From positions 628-64,627 of the forward strand of contig JAPKXR010000229.1 in assembly GCA_026394715.1 (NCBI GenBank): a DNA stretch of 64,000 bases. Direction: 5' to 3'. Every line of letters begins with the position of its first letter. Within the stretch, counting starts at the first letter, position 1. A program made the position numbers and the translations under genes. The stretch comes from Methanomicrobiales archaeon. GTDB lineage: Archaea; Halobacteriota; Methanomicrobia; Methanomicrobiales; Methanospirillaceae. A model generated the notes under the pieces. That model did not search any database, was not told the origin of the DNA, and saw only the letters and a program-made list of their open reading frames with translations. This document shows positions 23,017 through 34,117 of this stretch, in pieces.

Positions 23017-23362
23017 GACCAATCCGCGCCTGGTAAACCTCATCTCACTGCTGAAGGACACTTCGCGTGAGAACGGGGTAAATATCTGGCGGGATATTGC
23101 TACAAGGATTGAAGCATCCAGTAGTAAGTATGCTGAAGTGAACCTGAGCAAGATTAATCGTTATGCCAGCAATGGCGAGACGATTCTTGTTCCGGGGAAG
23201 GTCCTGGGCAGTGGTATCATAGAAGCATCGGTAAAAGTTGCGGCATTGAATTTTTCAGGGTCTGCAGCTGAAAAAATTATCGGCGCTAAAGGGCAGTGTA
23301 TGAGTATTGAGCAATTGCTGAAAGACAACCCGAAGGGTAGTCAGGTAAGGATTCTGAGGTGA
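23000..23362 (+). CDS. rpl18e: 50S ribosomal protein L18e
   Basis: KTNPRL, EVNLSKINR, VPGKVLGSG. ATG 23000 follows a GGAG RBS. Confidence 0.95.
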   Translation: MKSRSKTNPRLVNLISLLKDTSRENGVNIWRDIATRIEASSSKYAEVNLSKINRYASNGETILVPGKVLGSGIIEASVKVAALNFSGSAAEKIIGAKGQCMSIEQLLKDNPKGSQVRILR

Positions 23363-23368
23363 AGTTGC

Positions 23369-23791
23369 ATGGTTACAATTATTAATGGTGACGGACTTCT
23401 CCTCGGACGGCTTGCAAGTCTCGTTGCCCAGCGGGCGTTAAGTGGCGAGACCATTGCAATTGTCAATGTTGAGAACGTAATCATATCGGGCAGCAGGGCA
23501 AGAGTCCTTGACAACTACGACCATAAGCGGTCCCGTGGTTCGACTGAAGGGGGCCCGTTTTTTCCACGGAGACCTGACCATATTATGAAACGTACTATCC
23601 GGGGGATGCTTCCGTATAAAAAGGAACGCGGCATTGACGCATTCAAGCGGATTAAGACATATGTTGGTGTCCCATTTGAATTCCAGGGGAAAGAAACAGA
23701 GACTCTGGAGGAAGCCCATATGGACCGTCTGAACAAAGCTCAGTATATCACGCTCGGTGCAGTGAGTACATTCCTTGGAGCTAAATACTGA
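23369..23791 (+). CDS. rpl13: 50S ribosomal protein L13 (uL13)
   Basis: [17 protein letters not shown]. Confidence 0.96.
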   Translation: MVTIINGDGLLLGRLASLVAQRALSGETIAIVNVENVIISGSRARVLDNYDHKRSRGSTEGGPFFPRRPDHIMKRTIRGMLPYKKERGIDAFKRIKTYVGVPFEFQGKETETLEEAHMDRLNKAQYITLGAVSTFLGAKY

Positions 23792-23802
23792 GGGGTGGAG
23801 AT

Positions 23803-24204
23803 ATGGTAAAGATTATCAATACAAGTGGCAAAAGAAAAACAGCAATCGCCCGGGCGACAATGAAAGCAGGTAAAGGCAGGATCCGGATCAACTCGGTACC
23901 ACTCGAGATCTATGGTACAGAGCTCGTAAGGATGAAAATCTCTGAGCCTATCCTCCTCATGCCGAATGCGGTTCTGGGTGTTGATGTGGCAATTGATGTG
24001 CAGGGCGGGGGGGTCATGGGCCAGGCTGAAGCAGTAAGGACTGCTCTTGCCCGTGGTATCCTGAAGTGGTCAAATGACCCTCAGATCAAGGAAGTGTACC
24101 TTGCGTATGACCGTACCCTGCTTGTCAACGACTCCAGGCAGAAAGAAGCTAAAAAACCGCATGGGCGCGGTGCACGTAAGAAATTCCAGAAATCTTATCG
24201 TTAA
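23803..24204 (+). CDS. rps9: 30S ribosomal protein S9 (uS9)
   Basis: [21 protein letters not shown]-terminal QKSYR. Confidence 0.97.
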   Translation: MVKIINTSGKRKTAIARATMKAGKGRIRINSVPLEIYGTELVRMKISEPILLMPNAVLGVDVAIDVQGGGVMGQAEAVRTALARGILKWSNDPQIKEVYLAYDRTLLVNDSRQKEAKKPHGRGARKKFQKSYR

Positions 24205-24228
24205 GGAACAAAACTGGATTGAGTCAGT

Positions 24229-24417
24229 ATGATACCTGTACGATGTTTCACTTGCGGAAAGGTTATTTCACCCGCGTATGAAGAATTTAAACACCGCCGT
24301 GATGCGGGCGAGGATCCCAAAAAGATCCTCGACGATCTCGGCATGGACCGCTACTGCTGTCGGCGCATGCTGCTGACGCACAAGGAGATTATTGACGATA
24401 TCAACCCGTACCAGTGA
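24229..24417 (+). CDS. rpoN: DNA-directed RNA polymerase subunit N
   Basis: [16 protein letters not shown]. Confidence 0.97.
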   Translation: MIPVRCFTCGKVISPAYEEFKHRRDAGEDPKKILDDLGMDRYCCRRMLLTHKEIIDDINPYQ

Positions 24418-24490
24418 GGGGTCGTGGGGTAGCCTGGAATCCTATGGCGTTCGGGATGCCGTAACCTGAGTTCGAATCTCAGCGACCCCA
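24418..24490 (+). tRNA. tRNA-Pro(CGG)
   Basis: Acceptor GGGGTCG/CGACCCC, anticodon arm TGGCG-TT-CGG-GA-TGCCG, T-arm CTGAGTTCGAATCTCAG. Confidence 0.95.
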
Positions 24491-24526
24491 TTTATTGTTA
24501 ATGCGAAAAAATTGAGAGGACTGATA

Positions 24527-24694
24527 ATGCAATCGTATACCCGATATGAAAGAGCCCGGATAATCGGAGCCAGGGCCCTGCAAATATCGATGGGTGCCCC
24601 GCTCCTGATTACGACCGAGAAGTGTGACCCGCTCGAGATTGCAATCGAGGAATTTCAGCAGAACATCATTCCCATCACGGTGAAGAGGAAGTAG
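24527..24694 (+). CDS. rpoK: DNA-directed RNA polymerase subunit K
   Basis: [22 protein letters not shown]. Confidence 0.96.
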   Translation: MQSYTRYERARIIGARALQISMGAPLLITTEKCDPLEIAIEEFQQNIIPITVKRK

Positions 24695-24696
24695 GC

Positions 24697-25893
24697 ATGA
24701 CGATCATACATGAGATCCAGTTAAGGACTATACTGGACAGCCGTGGCAATGCTACTGTGGAAGCAGATATTTACACAGAAGATGGATTTGGGCGTGCTTC
24801 GGCTCCCAGCGGAGCCAGTACCGGGAAATTTGAAGCAAAAGTTAAGTCCCCGGAAGAAGCGGTGGTGTTTGCGCGGGAGAACCTGCTACCCAAATTCATC
24901 GGTGCGGATTCGCGCGAGCAGATCTATATTGATGGGCTGCTCAGGGAAATTGATGGCACGTCTGATTTCAGTATAATCGGAGCAAATATAGCTGTCGCGC
25001 TATCGCTTGCGAACGCGAAGGCTGCGGCATCATCGCTTGGTCTTGAGTTGTACAGTTATCTTGGTGGTGCATTCGTCATGGATACACCGTTTCCATTGGG
25101 AAATGCCATTGGTGGTGGCGTGCACGCTGCGAACGCAACAGAAATCCAGGAGTTTCTGGTTGTACCAACCGGAGCATCAGGCGCAAAAGAGGCGGTATTT
25201 GCCAATGCGGCAGTCCACCGGAAGGTTCGGGATCTCTTAAAGGCCCGTGACAAACCATGTGGTAAAGGCGACGAAGGTGCGTGGGCACCTGAGATCACGG
25301 ACTGCGCGGCATTCGAGATAGTAAAAGAAGCAACCGGGTTCGTCTCTGACGATGTCGGGTTTGGTATCGGTATGGGGATTGATGTCGCGTCAAGCCAGAT
25401 GTGGCGTGAGAATGACAGTAAATACCATTACCGCGATACAACCCGGTCATCGGAAGAACAAATCGCATATATTTGTGAACTTGTCGACCTGTATGGGCTG
25501 ATTTATGTGGAAGACCCTCTTCATGAGGATGATTTCGCAGGGTTTGCCGAACTGACCGACCAGGTTGGCGACAGGTGCCTGATCTGCGGTGATGACCTGT
25601 TTGTCACAAACCCGGGTCGTATTATCGATGGTATTAGCAATGGTTCCGCAAATTGTGTCCTGATAAAACCGAATCAGATCGGTACCCTGACAGAGACGTT
25701 TGAGGCCATAAGGCTCGCGCACACAAACGGGATGGACACCGTGATGAGCCACCGTTCAGGAGAGACAACAGATACTGCAATTTCGCACCTTGCCACGGCA
25801 TTTAACTGTATTTTCCTTAAGACTGGGATAGTTGGTGGCGAAAGGATTGCGAAACTGAATGAACTTATTCGAATTGAGGAGATGCTAGAATGA
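24697..25893 (+). CDS. eno: Enolase
   Basis: [37 protein letters not shown]. Confidence 0.96.
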   Translation: MTIIHEIQLRTILDSRGNATVEADIYTEDGFGRASAPSGASTGKFEAKVKSPEEAVVFARENLLPKFIGADSREQIYIDGLLREIDGTSDFSIIGANIAVALSLANAKAAASSLGLELYSYLGGAFVMDTPFPLGNAIGGGVHAANATEIQEFLVVPTGASGAKEAVFANAAVHRKVRDLLKARDKPCGKGDEGAWAPEITDCAAFEIVKEATGFVSDDVGFGIGMGIDVASSQMWRENDSKYHYRDTTRSSEEQIAYICELVDLYGLIYVEDPLHEDDFAGFAELTDQVGDRCLICGDDLFVTNPGRIIDGISNGSANCVLIKPNQIGTLTETFEAIRLAHTNGMDTVMSHRSGETTDTAISHLATAFNCIFLKTGIVGGERIAKLNELIRIEEMLE

Positions 25894-26498
25894 CAGAAAC
25901 AGAGATGGAAATTGAATTGAAAGAGCCTCTCGTCCCCGTCGAAGAATACCTCGCAGCAGGGATTCACATCGGGACGCAGCAGAAAAGTAAGGACATGAAG
26001 AAATTTATTTACCGGGTCAGGGGAGACGGTCTCTATATCCTTGATATCAGGGAGACCGATGGGCGGATCAAGACTGCAGCCAAGTTCCTGAACCAGTTCG
26101 ATGCCCCGAACATCCTCGTCGTCACTTCCCGCCAGTACGGGCAGTACCCTGCAAAGAAATTCGCCGAGACAATTGGTGGGATGGCCGTGACAGGACGGTT
26201 CATACCTGGCATGCTGACAAATCAGAACCTCCACAACTATATCGAACCGGAAGTGGTCGTCGTCACGGACCCGATTGGTGATGCACAGGTAGTAAAAGAA
26301 GCCGTTCAGAGCGGGATACCGATCCTAGCCCTCTGTGATACCAACAATATGACAAGTTTTGTAGACCTTGTTATACCGACCAACAATAAGGGTCGAAAAG
26401 CACTTGGTATGATTTATTATCTCCTCACACGGGAGATGCTCCGGCTTCGCGGAATTACTACGTCACTCACCCCTGAAGATTTTGAGACCGAGTTCTAG
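25890..26498 (+). CDS. rps2: 30S ribosomal protein S2 (uS2)
   Basis: [28 protein letters not shown]. Confidence 0.97.
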   Translation: MTETEMEIELKEPLVPVEEYLAAGIHIGTQQKSKDMKKFIYRVRGDGLYILDIRETDGRIKTAAKFLNQFDAPNILVVTSRQYGQYPAKKFAETIGGMAVTGRFIPGMLTNQNLHNYIEPEVVVVTDPIGDAQVVKEAVQSGIPILALCDTNNMTSFVDLVIPTNNKGRKALGMIYYLLTREMLRLRGITTSLTPEDFETEF

Positions 26499-26527
26499 AG
26501 ATATCATCAGTATGAGAGGTTAGTCCG

Positions 26528-27316
26528 ATGAAGTTGCGTCCATGCGCTGTATCAGGCATGTTCTACCCAGGTGATCCGGACCACCTTGAACAACAATTGG
26601 CAAAATTTTTTTCCGATGCCGGCAATCCCCGCAAATCGATGGGGGTCGTGGCGCCTCACGCCGGGTATGTTTATTCAGGAAGGGTAACTGCTCTTTCCTA
26701 TGCGTCGATAAACACCGGATTTTCAGGCACATTTATTTTGATTGGTCCAAGTCATCGCGGTTTTGAGACGTGTATATCGATGGTACCGTGGGAGACGCCG
26801 CTTGGTATCGTGGACAATGATAATGAATTAGGTATGGCCCTGAATATTGATCCCGACGAGATCTCACACCAGGATGAGCACTCTCTTGAAGTCCAGGTAC
26901 CGTTTATTAAGTACAGGTTTCCCCGGGCAAGAATAACCCCAATAATGATGGGAAGACAGGATTACAGGAGTGCGCAGGTATTGTCAGAGCAGATTAACGG
27001 TGCCCTCAAGCGCACAGGCAGGGATGTCCGGATTATCGCATCATCCGATTTTTCTCATTATGTGCATGCGGATGTTGCAAGGGACAATGACCTCTATGCC
27101 ATCGAGGCGTTGAACAAGTTTGATATCCCTGAATTCTACCGGCGGATCGGAGAACGAAATATCACTGCGTGTGGGTATGGTCCGATATCAGCAATGATGC
27201 TTACCTGCCACGAATTAGGGAGCCGGAAAGCAGAATTAATTCATTATGCCACGAGTGGGGACGTCACCGGGGATAATTCTGCGGTTGTGGGATATGCGGC
27301 CGTTGCGGTGATATAG
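26528..27316 (+). CDS. MEMO1-family protein (AmmeMemoRadiSam protein B-like)
   Basis: GMFYP, APHAGYVYSG, GPSH, EHSLEVQ, SSDFSHY, CGYGP. Confidence 0.92.
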   Translation: MKLRPCAVSGMFYPGDPDHLEQQLAKFFSDAGNPRKSMGVVAPHAGYVYSGRVTALSYASINTGFSGTFILIGPSHRGFETCISMVPWETPLGIVDNDNELGMALNIDPDEISHQDEHSLEVQVPFIKYRFPRARITPIMMGRQDYRSAQVLSEQINGALKRTGRDVRIIASSDFSHYVHADVARDNDLYAIEALNKFDIPEFYRRIGERNITACGYGPISAMMLTCHELGSRKAELIHYATSGDVTGDNSAVVGYAAVAVI

Positions 27317-28185
27317 TGGTCACATGGAGCGCACCTGGAAAGGTTTTTCTTTTCGGTGAGCATGCAGTGGTGTATGGGAAACCTGCGATAGCAATGGCAA
27401 TAAAGCCCCGTGTCTTCGTTACCGTTCGGAAAAGCCGGGCTCCGCACCCTGCAAAATCCCCTTATATTGATAGTTGTTTTGATGAGATGGGTGTAAAAGG
27501 CAGCGTGTACATTAATTCCCAGCTGCCGAGTTCATCGGGCCTCGGATCTTCAGCGGCCGTCACCGTCGCAACCCTTGCCGCGATCAATGATGAATTCGAT
27601 ATGAATCAGTCCCGTGATCAGATTGCCGAAATGGCTTTTAATATTGAAAAGAAAGTCCAGAAAGGGCGGGCCAGCCTTACGGATACTACGGTGTCCACCT
27701 ATGGGGGATTGGTTTTTATCATGGGTGCGGCGAGACGACGTCTACCACCGGAAAATTTCCAGATGGTTGTCGGGAACACCATGGTTTCCCATAGCACCTC
27801 AAAAATGGTCGAGATGGTTGCTGACCTGAAGAAAAAAAATCCGGAAATATGTGATCCGGTCCTTGATGCAATCGGTGGCATAACAATGTCAGCGATGCAT
27901 CATCTGATTGATCCTGTCCAGCTCGGGAGGTTGATGAACATGAACCACTCACTTCTCGATGTGCTTGGTGTCGGTCACCCTGCCTTGTCGCGGCTGGTGC
28001 TGTCTGCCAGGACAGCAGGTGCATACGGGGCTAAGATTACCGGCGCCGGAGGTGGGGGTTGTATGGTTGCTTTATGTCCAAAGCACCTGAAAAGCCGTAT
28101 CGCTGTTGCGATTGAGGCATGCGAGGCACGTGCCTTTGTTACAAATATCGATAATGAGGGAGTAAGAAAGGAGAAGGATGTCTGA
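27316..28185 (+). CDS. mvk: Mevalonate kinase
   Basis: SAPGKVFLFGEHAVVYG, PSSSGLGSSAA, AKITGAGGGG. Confidence 0.95.
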   Translation: MVTWSAPGKVFLFGEHAVVYGKPAIAMAIKPRVFVTVRKSRAPHPAKSPYIDSCFDEMGVKGSVYINSQLPSSSGLGSSAAVTVATLAAINDEFDMNQSRDQIAEMAFNIEKKVQKGRASLTDTTVSTYGGLVFIMGAARRRLPPENFQMVVGNTMVSHSTSKMVEMVADLKKKNPEICDPVLDAIGGITMSAMHHLIDPVQLGRLMNMNHSLLDVLGVGHPALSRLVLSARTAGAYGAKITGAGGGGCMVALCPKHLKSRIAVAIEACEARAFVTNIDNEGVRKEKDV

Positions 28186-28942
28186 AAGGGTACTCCTGAA
28201 ACTGGGCGGCAGTGTAATCACCGATAAGGCGGCGGATGGCATTATCCTGTCTGATGAGATTGACAGGATTGCAGAAACAATAGCTGTGCGGAACGGGATT
28301 TCCCTTGTATTAGTGCATGGCGCGGGCTCCTGCGGCCACCCGGAAGCGAGTCGTTACCAGGTAAGCTCAGGAGTTTCTGCAGAAAACCGTGAAGGGATCT
28401 ATATTACTCATATGGCTGTAAGAAGACTGAATGATTCTATTGTTCGCGCGTTACGCAACGCAGGTGTGGAGGCCGTGGGTGTACAGCCCCTTTCAGCCTT
28501 CATTGCGGATAAAGGCAGGCTAATCTCATGTGAGTTCCGGCAGCTTGAATGTATGCTGGCGCTTGGTATCGTCCCGGTTCTTCATGGTGATATGGTAATG
28601 GATTGTACCTCCGGCGCGTGTGTTATATCGGGTGACCAGCTGGTCCGGGTCCTGGCAACGTCTCTTGGCATGCGGCGTATCGGGCTTGCCACGGATGTAC
28701 CTGGCGTGTTCAGTGATGGGAGGGTGCTCAATGAGATTACGCCCAGGACAGCTGGTACCCTGGTACTTGGTGATTCTAATCATACGGATGTCACCGGGGG
28801 TATGCGCGGAAAGGTGAACGAGCTCTGCCAGCTTGCCGAAGCAGGAATACCATCAGATATTTTTCATGTTTCACGGATAGGCGATTTTCTCGATGGCATA
28901 CCGCATGGTGGTACAAGAGTGAGGGGGAAGGGGAATGTCTGA
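28178..28942 (+). CDS. ipk: Isopentenyl phosphate kinase
   Basis: LKLGGSVITDK, VHGAGSCGH, DVTGGMRGK; lies between mvk and fni. Confidence 0.92.
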   Translation: MSERVLLKLGGSVITDKAADGIILSDEIDRIAETIAVRNGISLVLVHGAGSCGHPEASRYQVSSGVSAENREGIYITHMAVRRLNDSIVRALRNAGVEAVGVQPLSAFIADKGRLISCEFRQLECMLALGIVPVLHGDMVMDCTSGACVISGDQLVRVLATSLGMRRIGLATDVPGVFSDGRVLNEITPRTAGTLVLGDSNHTDVTGGMRGKVNELCQLAEAGIPSDIFHVSRIGDFLDGIPHGGTRVRGKGNV

Positions 28943-30026
28943 CCCTGTATCACTTACCTCATCGAGGAAGCTTGATCATCTCCGCATCTGTATCGAAAAA
29001 TCAATAGAACGTGGGCACACCGGGTTTAATGATGTCCGGCTGGTTCATAATGCCCTGCCTGAATGTGATATGGATAGGATTGATACGGGATCCCGGTTTC
29101 TCGGACACCAGTGCAAATTCCCCCTGTTCATCGCTGCGATGACGGGTGGTCACCCTGAAACCCTTGAAGTTAACAGGCGCCTTGCAAGAGCAGCCCATAG
29201 GTATGGTCTCGGGATCGGTGTAGGGTCACAACGGGCCGCCCTTGAGAACCCTGACCTGGAAGAAACGTTCTCGGTTGCCAGAGATGAGGCCCCCCATTCA
29301 TTTTTGGTTGCGAACCTCGGTATTGTACAGCTCCGCAACCATGGAAATGAATGGGCTGACCGGGCTGTATCGATGATCCAGGCAGATGCTATTGCCATCC
29401 ACATTAACTTTCTGCAGGAGGCAATTCAGCCTGAGGGAGATCATGACGCTTCAGGTTGCCTCGATGCGCTCAGGACGTTATGTGAAGATTTTAAGTACCC
29501 GGTCATCATAAAAGAAACCGGGAGTGGAATTTCAGCAGAGACTGCCGGTATAGCCTTTGGAGCAGGAGTTAAGGCTATCGATATAGGTGGCTGGGGTGGA
29601 ACTTCCTGGGCCGCGATTGAGAGTATAAGGGCGAAGGAAAGCTCGAGCGAGAGGGATAAGGGTCTGATTGGCCTTGGGCAGGAATTTACAGATTGGGGTA
29701 TACCCACCGTTGTGAGTTTATGCGATGTATCTCGGACTGGTGGGCCCATAATTGCCACGGGTGGCATCAGGAGTGGTGTGGATATGGCCAAGTCCCTTGT
29801 ACTCGGGGCGGACCTCTGTGGTATGGCCTTGCCACTCTTACAACCTGCAATAAAAGGTGAAAAAGCGTTATTTGATGCAATTGATACGATTGAGCACCAG
29901 TTCAGAGTAGCGATGTTTCTGACCGGGTCTCGTACTATCGCAGATCTTAAGGTGAAACATGCAATTATAACGGGGAGAACCCGGCAGATGGTGGATAGTG
30001 TAATGGAGGAATATAATGGATATTGA
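28935..30026 (+). CDS. fni: Type 2 isopentenyl-diphosphate delta-isomerase
   Basis: RKLDHL, AMTGG, GVGSQRA, LQEAIQPEGD, GGTSWA, ATGGIRSG. Confidence 0.96.
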   Translation: MSDPVSLTSSRKLDHLRICIEKSIERGHTGFNDVRLVHNALPECDMDRIDTGSRFLGHQCKFPLFIAAMTGGHPETLEVNRRLARAAHRYGLGIGVGSQRAALENPDLEETFSVARDEAPHSFLVANLGIVQLRNHGNEWADRAVSMIQADAIAIHINFLQEAIQPEGDHDASGCLDALRTLCEDFKYPVIIKETGSGISAETAGIAFGAGVKAIDIGGWGGTSWAAIESIRAKESSSERDKGLIGLGQEFTDWGIPTVVSLCDVSRTGGPIIATGGIRSGVDMAKSLVLGADLCGMALPLLQPAIKGEKALFDAIDTIEHQFRVAMFLTGSRTIADLKVKHAIITGRTRQMVDSVMEEYNGY

Positions 30027-31353
30027 AATTATCGCCCTCGGCGGATACGATGAGGTTGGGAGGAATATGACCGCCGTCCGCTGCGGGAAAGAGATTGTTA
30101 TTTTCGATATGGGTCTCCGGCTTGACCAGGTGATGATCCATGAGGATGCAGAGATGGAAAATCTGCATTCGCTGGACCTGATTCAGATGAAGGCAATTCC
30201 TGACGATACGGTGATGAATGCGGTTGAGGGCAGTGTCAAAGCAATTGTTTGTTCTCACGGACATCTTGATCATATCGGGGCCATACCTAAACTTGCACAC
30301 CGCTATAACGCTCCTATTATCAGTACACCCTATACTACCGAGTTAATCCGGCAGCAAATATCGGCTGATCAGAAATTCGGGGTTAACAACAAGTTATTCG
30401 CGTTAAAGGCAGGCCAGAAATATACTCTTTCACAGAACCTTGTCCTTGAGTTTGTACGGATGCAGCACAGTATTATTGATACGGTGACGCCAGTCCTTCA
30501 CACGCCCCATGGGGCTATTGTATATTCGTGTGATTTCAAACTGGACCGTACACCTGTAATTGGAGACCCGCCTGATTTTGCCCGTCTTGCCCAGATCGGA
30601 AAAGAAGGTGTCATTGCACTGATCGTGGAGAGTACGTACGTTGAGAATAAAGGTCGTGCGCCAAGTGAGCGGATTGCAAGGGACCTTGTACGGGACACTA
30701 TTACGAGTTACGAGGACGACAAAAATGCCATCCTTGTATCCACGTTCTCCTCGCATATCGCCAGGGTCAAGACTATTGCAGAGTGTGCCCATGAGATTGG
30801 GAGGAAACCAGTTCTCCTTGGGCGTTCAATGGAGCGTTATAGCTCCACTGCCGAGCAGATGAAACTCGTGGCATTCCCTGATACCATAAGCATGTTCGGG
30901 GACCGGAGGACGGTTGACCGCATGATGAGGAGAATGATGAAGTCCGGCAAGGAAAAATTCCTTCCCATCATTACTGGCCACCAGGGTGAACCCGGATCAA
31001 TCCTCTCCCGACTGGTGCATGGAGATACCCCATACCAGCTTGAAAGAGGAGATAAAATTCTCTTTTCGGCAAAAGTTATTCCAAATCCCATGAACCGTGG
31101 TCAGCGCTACATGGTGGAGGCGCATCTTGGGATGACCGGGGCAAGAGTATTTGAAGACCTCCATGTCAGTGGTCATGCGTACCGGGAGGACCATTATGAA
31201 CTCATCCATCTGTTAAACCCGCAACATATTATTCCTGCACATGGGAATATCAGGATGACCTCTGCCTACGCAGAATTTGCATCTGAAATCGGTTTTACCC
31301 TCCATAATGACGTGCATATCATGTCAAATGGGCATAGATTAAAAATAAACTAA
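30016..31353 (+). CDS. rnj: RNase J-family beta-CASP ribonuclease
   Basis: GGYDEVGRNM, SHGHLDHIG, STFSSH, HVSGHA, PAHG. Confidence 0.94.
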   Translation: MDIEIIALGGYDEVGRNMTAVRCGKEIVIFDMGLRLDQVMIHEDAEMENLHSLDLIQMKAIPDDTVMNAVEGSVKAIVCSHGHLDHIGAIPKLAHRYNAPIISTPYTTELIRQQISADQKFGVNNKLFALKAGQKYTLSQNLVLEFVRMQHSIIDTVTPVLHTPHGAIVYSCDFKLDRTPVIGDPPDFARLAQIGKEGVIALIVESTYVENKGRAPSERIARDLVRDTITSYEDDKNAILVSTFSSHIARVKTIAECAHEIGRKPVLLGRSMERYSSTAEQMKLVAFPDTISMFGDRRTVDRMMRRMMKSGKEKFLPIITGHQGEPGSILSRLVHGDTPYQLERGDKILFSAKVIPNPMNRGQRYMVEAHLGMTGARVFEDLHVSGHAYREDHYELIHLLNPQHIIPAHGNIRMTSAYAEFASEIGFTLHNDVHIMSNGHRLKIN

Positions 31354-31371
31354 ACATAAGTGGAGACAATC

Positions 31372-32334
31372 ATGGATCTGATGGAGTATCTGGATTCAAC
31401 ACAGAAACAGGTCGACAGGATGATCGACCGGTTTTTCGGGGATGAGTTTTTGGAGTTAGGGAAAGCGAGTGCCCATCTCCTGCTTGCCGGTGGGAAACGT
31501 CTGCGCCCTGCCGTGGTGATGCTCGCTGCTGACGCAGTGAAACGAGGGAGTTCGGATGAGGTAATGCCTGCGGCACTGGCGCTTGAACTGACACACAGTT
31601 TCACCCTGATCCATGATGATATCATGGATAGTGATGCGTTCCGTCGTGGTGTCCCGACGGTCCATACCAAATGGGATGAACCCACTGCGATTCTTGCCGG
31701 GGATGTGCTCTATGCACGAGCATTCGAGTTTATCAGTATCGCGGAAGCATCAGATAATGCGAAAGTCCGGGCGATTTCGATGCTTGCAGCAGCCTGCGTC
31801 GAGATATGTAATGGTCAGCATATGGATATGTCGTTTGAGAAACGCAACGATGTTACGGTTGGGGAGTATCTGGAGATGGTATCCAAAAAGACTGGTGCAC
31901 TGTATGCAGCATCAGCTGGGATCGGGAGTATCCTCGCTGGTGGGAATGCCGTCAAGACCCATGCGCTCTATCATTACGGGCTCTATACTGGCATGGCATT
32001 TCAGATCCAGGATGACCTTATTGATATTATGACCACTCCTGAAAAGAGTGGGAAGGACCGCGCATCTGATATCAGGGAGGGCAAACAGACGCTGATTACC
32101 CTTAAAGCAAAAGAAAAGGGCCTAGATCTTTCGGAATACAGACGCGAACTGACTGATAAAGAGATAGATGAACTCATCGAAAGGCTTGCTTCACTCGGGG
32201 TAATCAGGGAGGTGAGGGATACGGCCCTTGAACTTGTAGAGAAAGGAAAAGAGATCGTTTCAATATTGCCTGATTCTGAGGCAAAACGGCTCCTCATTGA
32301 TATCGGTGATTATTTTGTGACCAGAGGGTACTGA
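31372..32334 (+). CDS. idsA: Geranylgeranyl diphosphate synthase (short-chain polyprenyl synthetase)
   Basis: GGKRLRP, FARM HDDIMD..RRG, KKTG, SARM FQIQDD. Alternative GTG start at 31360. Confidence 0.92.
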   Translation: MDLMEYLDSTQKQVDRMIDRFFGDEFLELGKASAHLLLAGGKRLRPAVVMLAADAVKRGSSDEVMPAALALELTHSFTLIHDDIMDSDAFRRGVPTVHTKWDEPTAILAGDVLYARAFEFISIAEASDNAKVRAISMLAAACVEICNGQHMDMSFEKRNDVTVGEYLEMVSKKTGALYAASAGIGSILAGGNAVKTHALYHYGLYTGMAFQIQDDLIDIMTTPEKSGKDRASDIREGKQTLITLKAKEKGLDLSEYRRELTDKEIDELIERLASLGVIREVRDTALELVEKGKEIVSILPDSEAKRLLIDIGDYFVTRGY

Positions 32335-32335
32335 C

Positions 32336-34024
32336 ATGGATATAGATCCAAAAAGCGCTCTTTTTATTTTCGCCCTTCAGAATGCAGTTAAGCATGACAG
32401 CCTCCCGAAAAGTGGCACTGTTATTGGGATGGTCATGGGAAAATATCCCGGATTCCGATCACAGGCAAAGGAAATTGCCCTGCTTGCAAAAGAAGTGCTT
32501 GCAGAGGTGGAACAACTCAGCCCCGAGGAGCGCAGAAAAAAACTGGGTGATCTCGCCCCCGGGCTGATCGAGGAGATGAATGCACCAAAAATCCACACCC
32601 ACGAACTACCCCCTCTGGAACGGGCCGAAAATGGTGTGGTGATGAGGTTTGCGCCTAACCCAAGTGGACCGCTCCATCTTGGTCATGCGCGGGCAGCCGT
32701 ATTGAATGATGCGTATGTCGATCGTTATGGCGGCAGGTATATCCTTCGCATTGAGGATACAGACCCAAAAAGGGTAGACCCTGATGCGTACCGCATGGTT
32801 CAGGAAGATATCGAATGGATGGGTCTCCGAATTACTGACGTTTTCTACCAGAGTGACCGTTTTGACCAGTATTACAAGATTGCAAGGGACCTGATAGGAC
32901 TTGGCGGTGCATACATATGTACCTGCGAGAATGAGCAGTTCCGTCTTTTGAAGCAGGCAAAAACCTCCTGTCCTTGTCGGGGTCAAACAATTGAGGAGAA
33001 CCTGGATCTCTGGCAGAAGATGCTGGATGGAGGGTTCTATGAAGGTGAGGCATCAGTGAGAGTACGGACCTCACTTGACCACCCCGATCCTGCAATGCGT
33101 GATTTTCCTGCATTTCGTATCCTGAATGAGCCGATGCACCCAAGGATTGAGGCGCAGGTGTATCCCCTTATGAATTTCACGGTGGCTGTCGATGACCACC
33201 TGATGGGGGTCACTCATGTGATCCGTGGCAAAGACCATATTGCGAATACCCGTCGCCAGAAATATATTTATGAGTACTTTGGCTGGGATGAGCCGGTATA
33301 CCGCCATTATGGACGGATGGGAATCGAGGGGGTCGTACTCTCTACCTCCCAGATGCGGGAAGGTATCAGGTCTGGCATGTATTCGGGATGGGACGATATC
33401 AGGCTCGGGACACTTCGGGCCCTTGCCAGGCGCGGGATAAAACCTGAAGCTGTCCGGCAGGTCGTTCTCGATATCGGGATCGGAGAGACTGATATATCTT
33501 TCTCTTGGGATAATCTGTTCGCGAAAAATCGAGATATCATTGATCCGGTGGCTGACCGGTTCTTTTTTGTTCCAGGTCCGTTACCATTTACAATCGCTGG
33601 TGCAACTGCAAGGGAAGCTCATGCACATCTCCACCCCGGGGATGAAAAGAAAGGATACCGTACGTTAAAATTTGAAGGGGATGTAGTTCTTCCAGGCCAG
33701 GAATTCAAGAAAGAAGTGGAGATGATCCGGCTGAAAGACCTCTTCAATGTACACATTGATTGGTCAGGCGGAAACCCCCTTCTAACTTATGCCGGTGAAG
33801 CCCTGTCTGAAGCACGTGCAAAGAAAGCCCCGATAATCCAGTGGCTGCCGGCAGGAGACGCTACCCGGTGCACGCTCCACACGCCGGAGGGGGATATACA
33901 GGGCCTTTGTGAGAGTATTGTCAGGTCCATGCAGGACAAGGTCGTCCAGTTCGAACGGGTAGGGTTTGCGAGAATTGATAGTGTGACAATTGAGGGTATA
34001 ATTGCCTATTTCTGCCACAAGTGA
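32336..34024 (+). CDS. gltX: Glutamate--tRNA ligase
   Basis: RFAPNPSGPLHLGHAR, RIEDTDP, THVIRGKDH, QFERVGF. Confidence 0.97.
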   Translation: MDIDPKSALFIFALQNAVKHDSLPKSGTVIGMVMGKYPGFRSQAKEIALLAKEVLAEVEQLSPEERRKKLGDLAPGLIEEMNAPKIHTHELPPLERAENGVVMRFAPNPSGPLHLGHARAAVLNDAYVDRYGGRYILRIEDTDPKRVDPDAYRMVQEDIEWMGLRITDVFYQSDRFDQYYKIARDLIGLGGAYICTCENEQFRLLKQAKTSCPCRGQTIEENLDLWQKMLDGGFYEGEASVRVRTSLDHPDPAMRDFPAFRILNEPMHPRIEAQVYPLMNFTVAVDDHLMGVTHVIRGKDHIANTRRQKYIYEYFGWDEPVYRHYGRMGIEGVVLSTSQMREGIRSGMYSGWDDIRLGTLRALARRGIKPEAVRQVVLDIGIGETDISFSWDNLFAKNRDIIDPVADRFFFVPGPLPFTIAGATAREAHAHLHPGDEKKGYRTLKFEGDVVLPGQEFKKEVEMIRLKDLFNVHIDWSGGNPLLTYAGEALSEARAKKAPIIQWLPAGDATRCTLHTPEGDIQGLCESIVRSMQDKVVQFERVGFARIDSVTIEGIIAYFCHK

Positions 34025-34117
34025 ACCTCCGGGTAGATTCTAATTATCAGCCGGGCTTATGTACTAAACCTCTTTTTGTTTATCCGGTGAATCGAACCCT
34101 GGAATAGGAACATTAAA

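Noticed and set aside
26528..31353. MEMO and RNase J embedded among mevalonate genes as a novel system
   Set aside because: This order is a widely conserved euryarchaeal superoperon.
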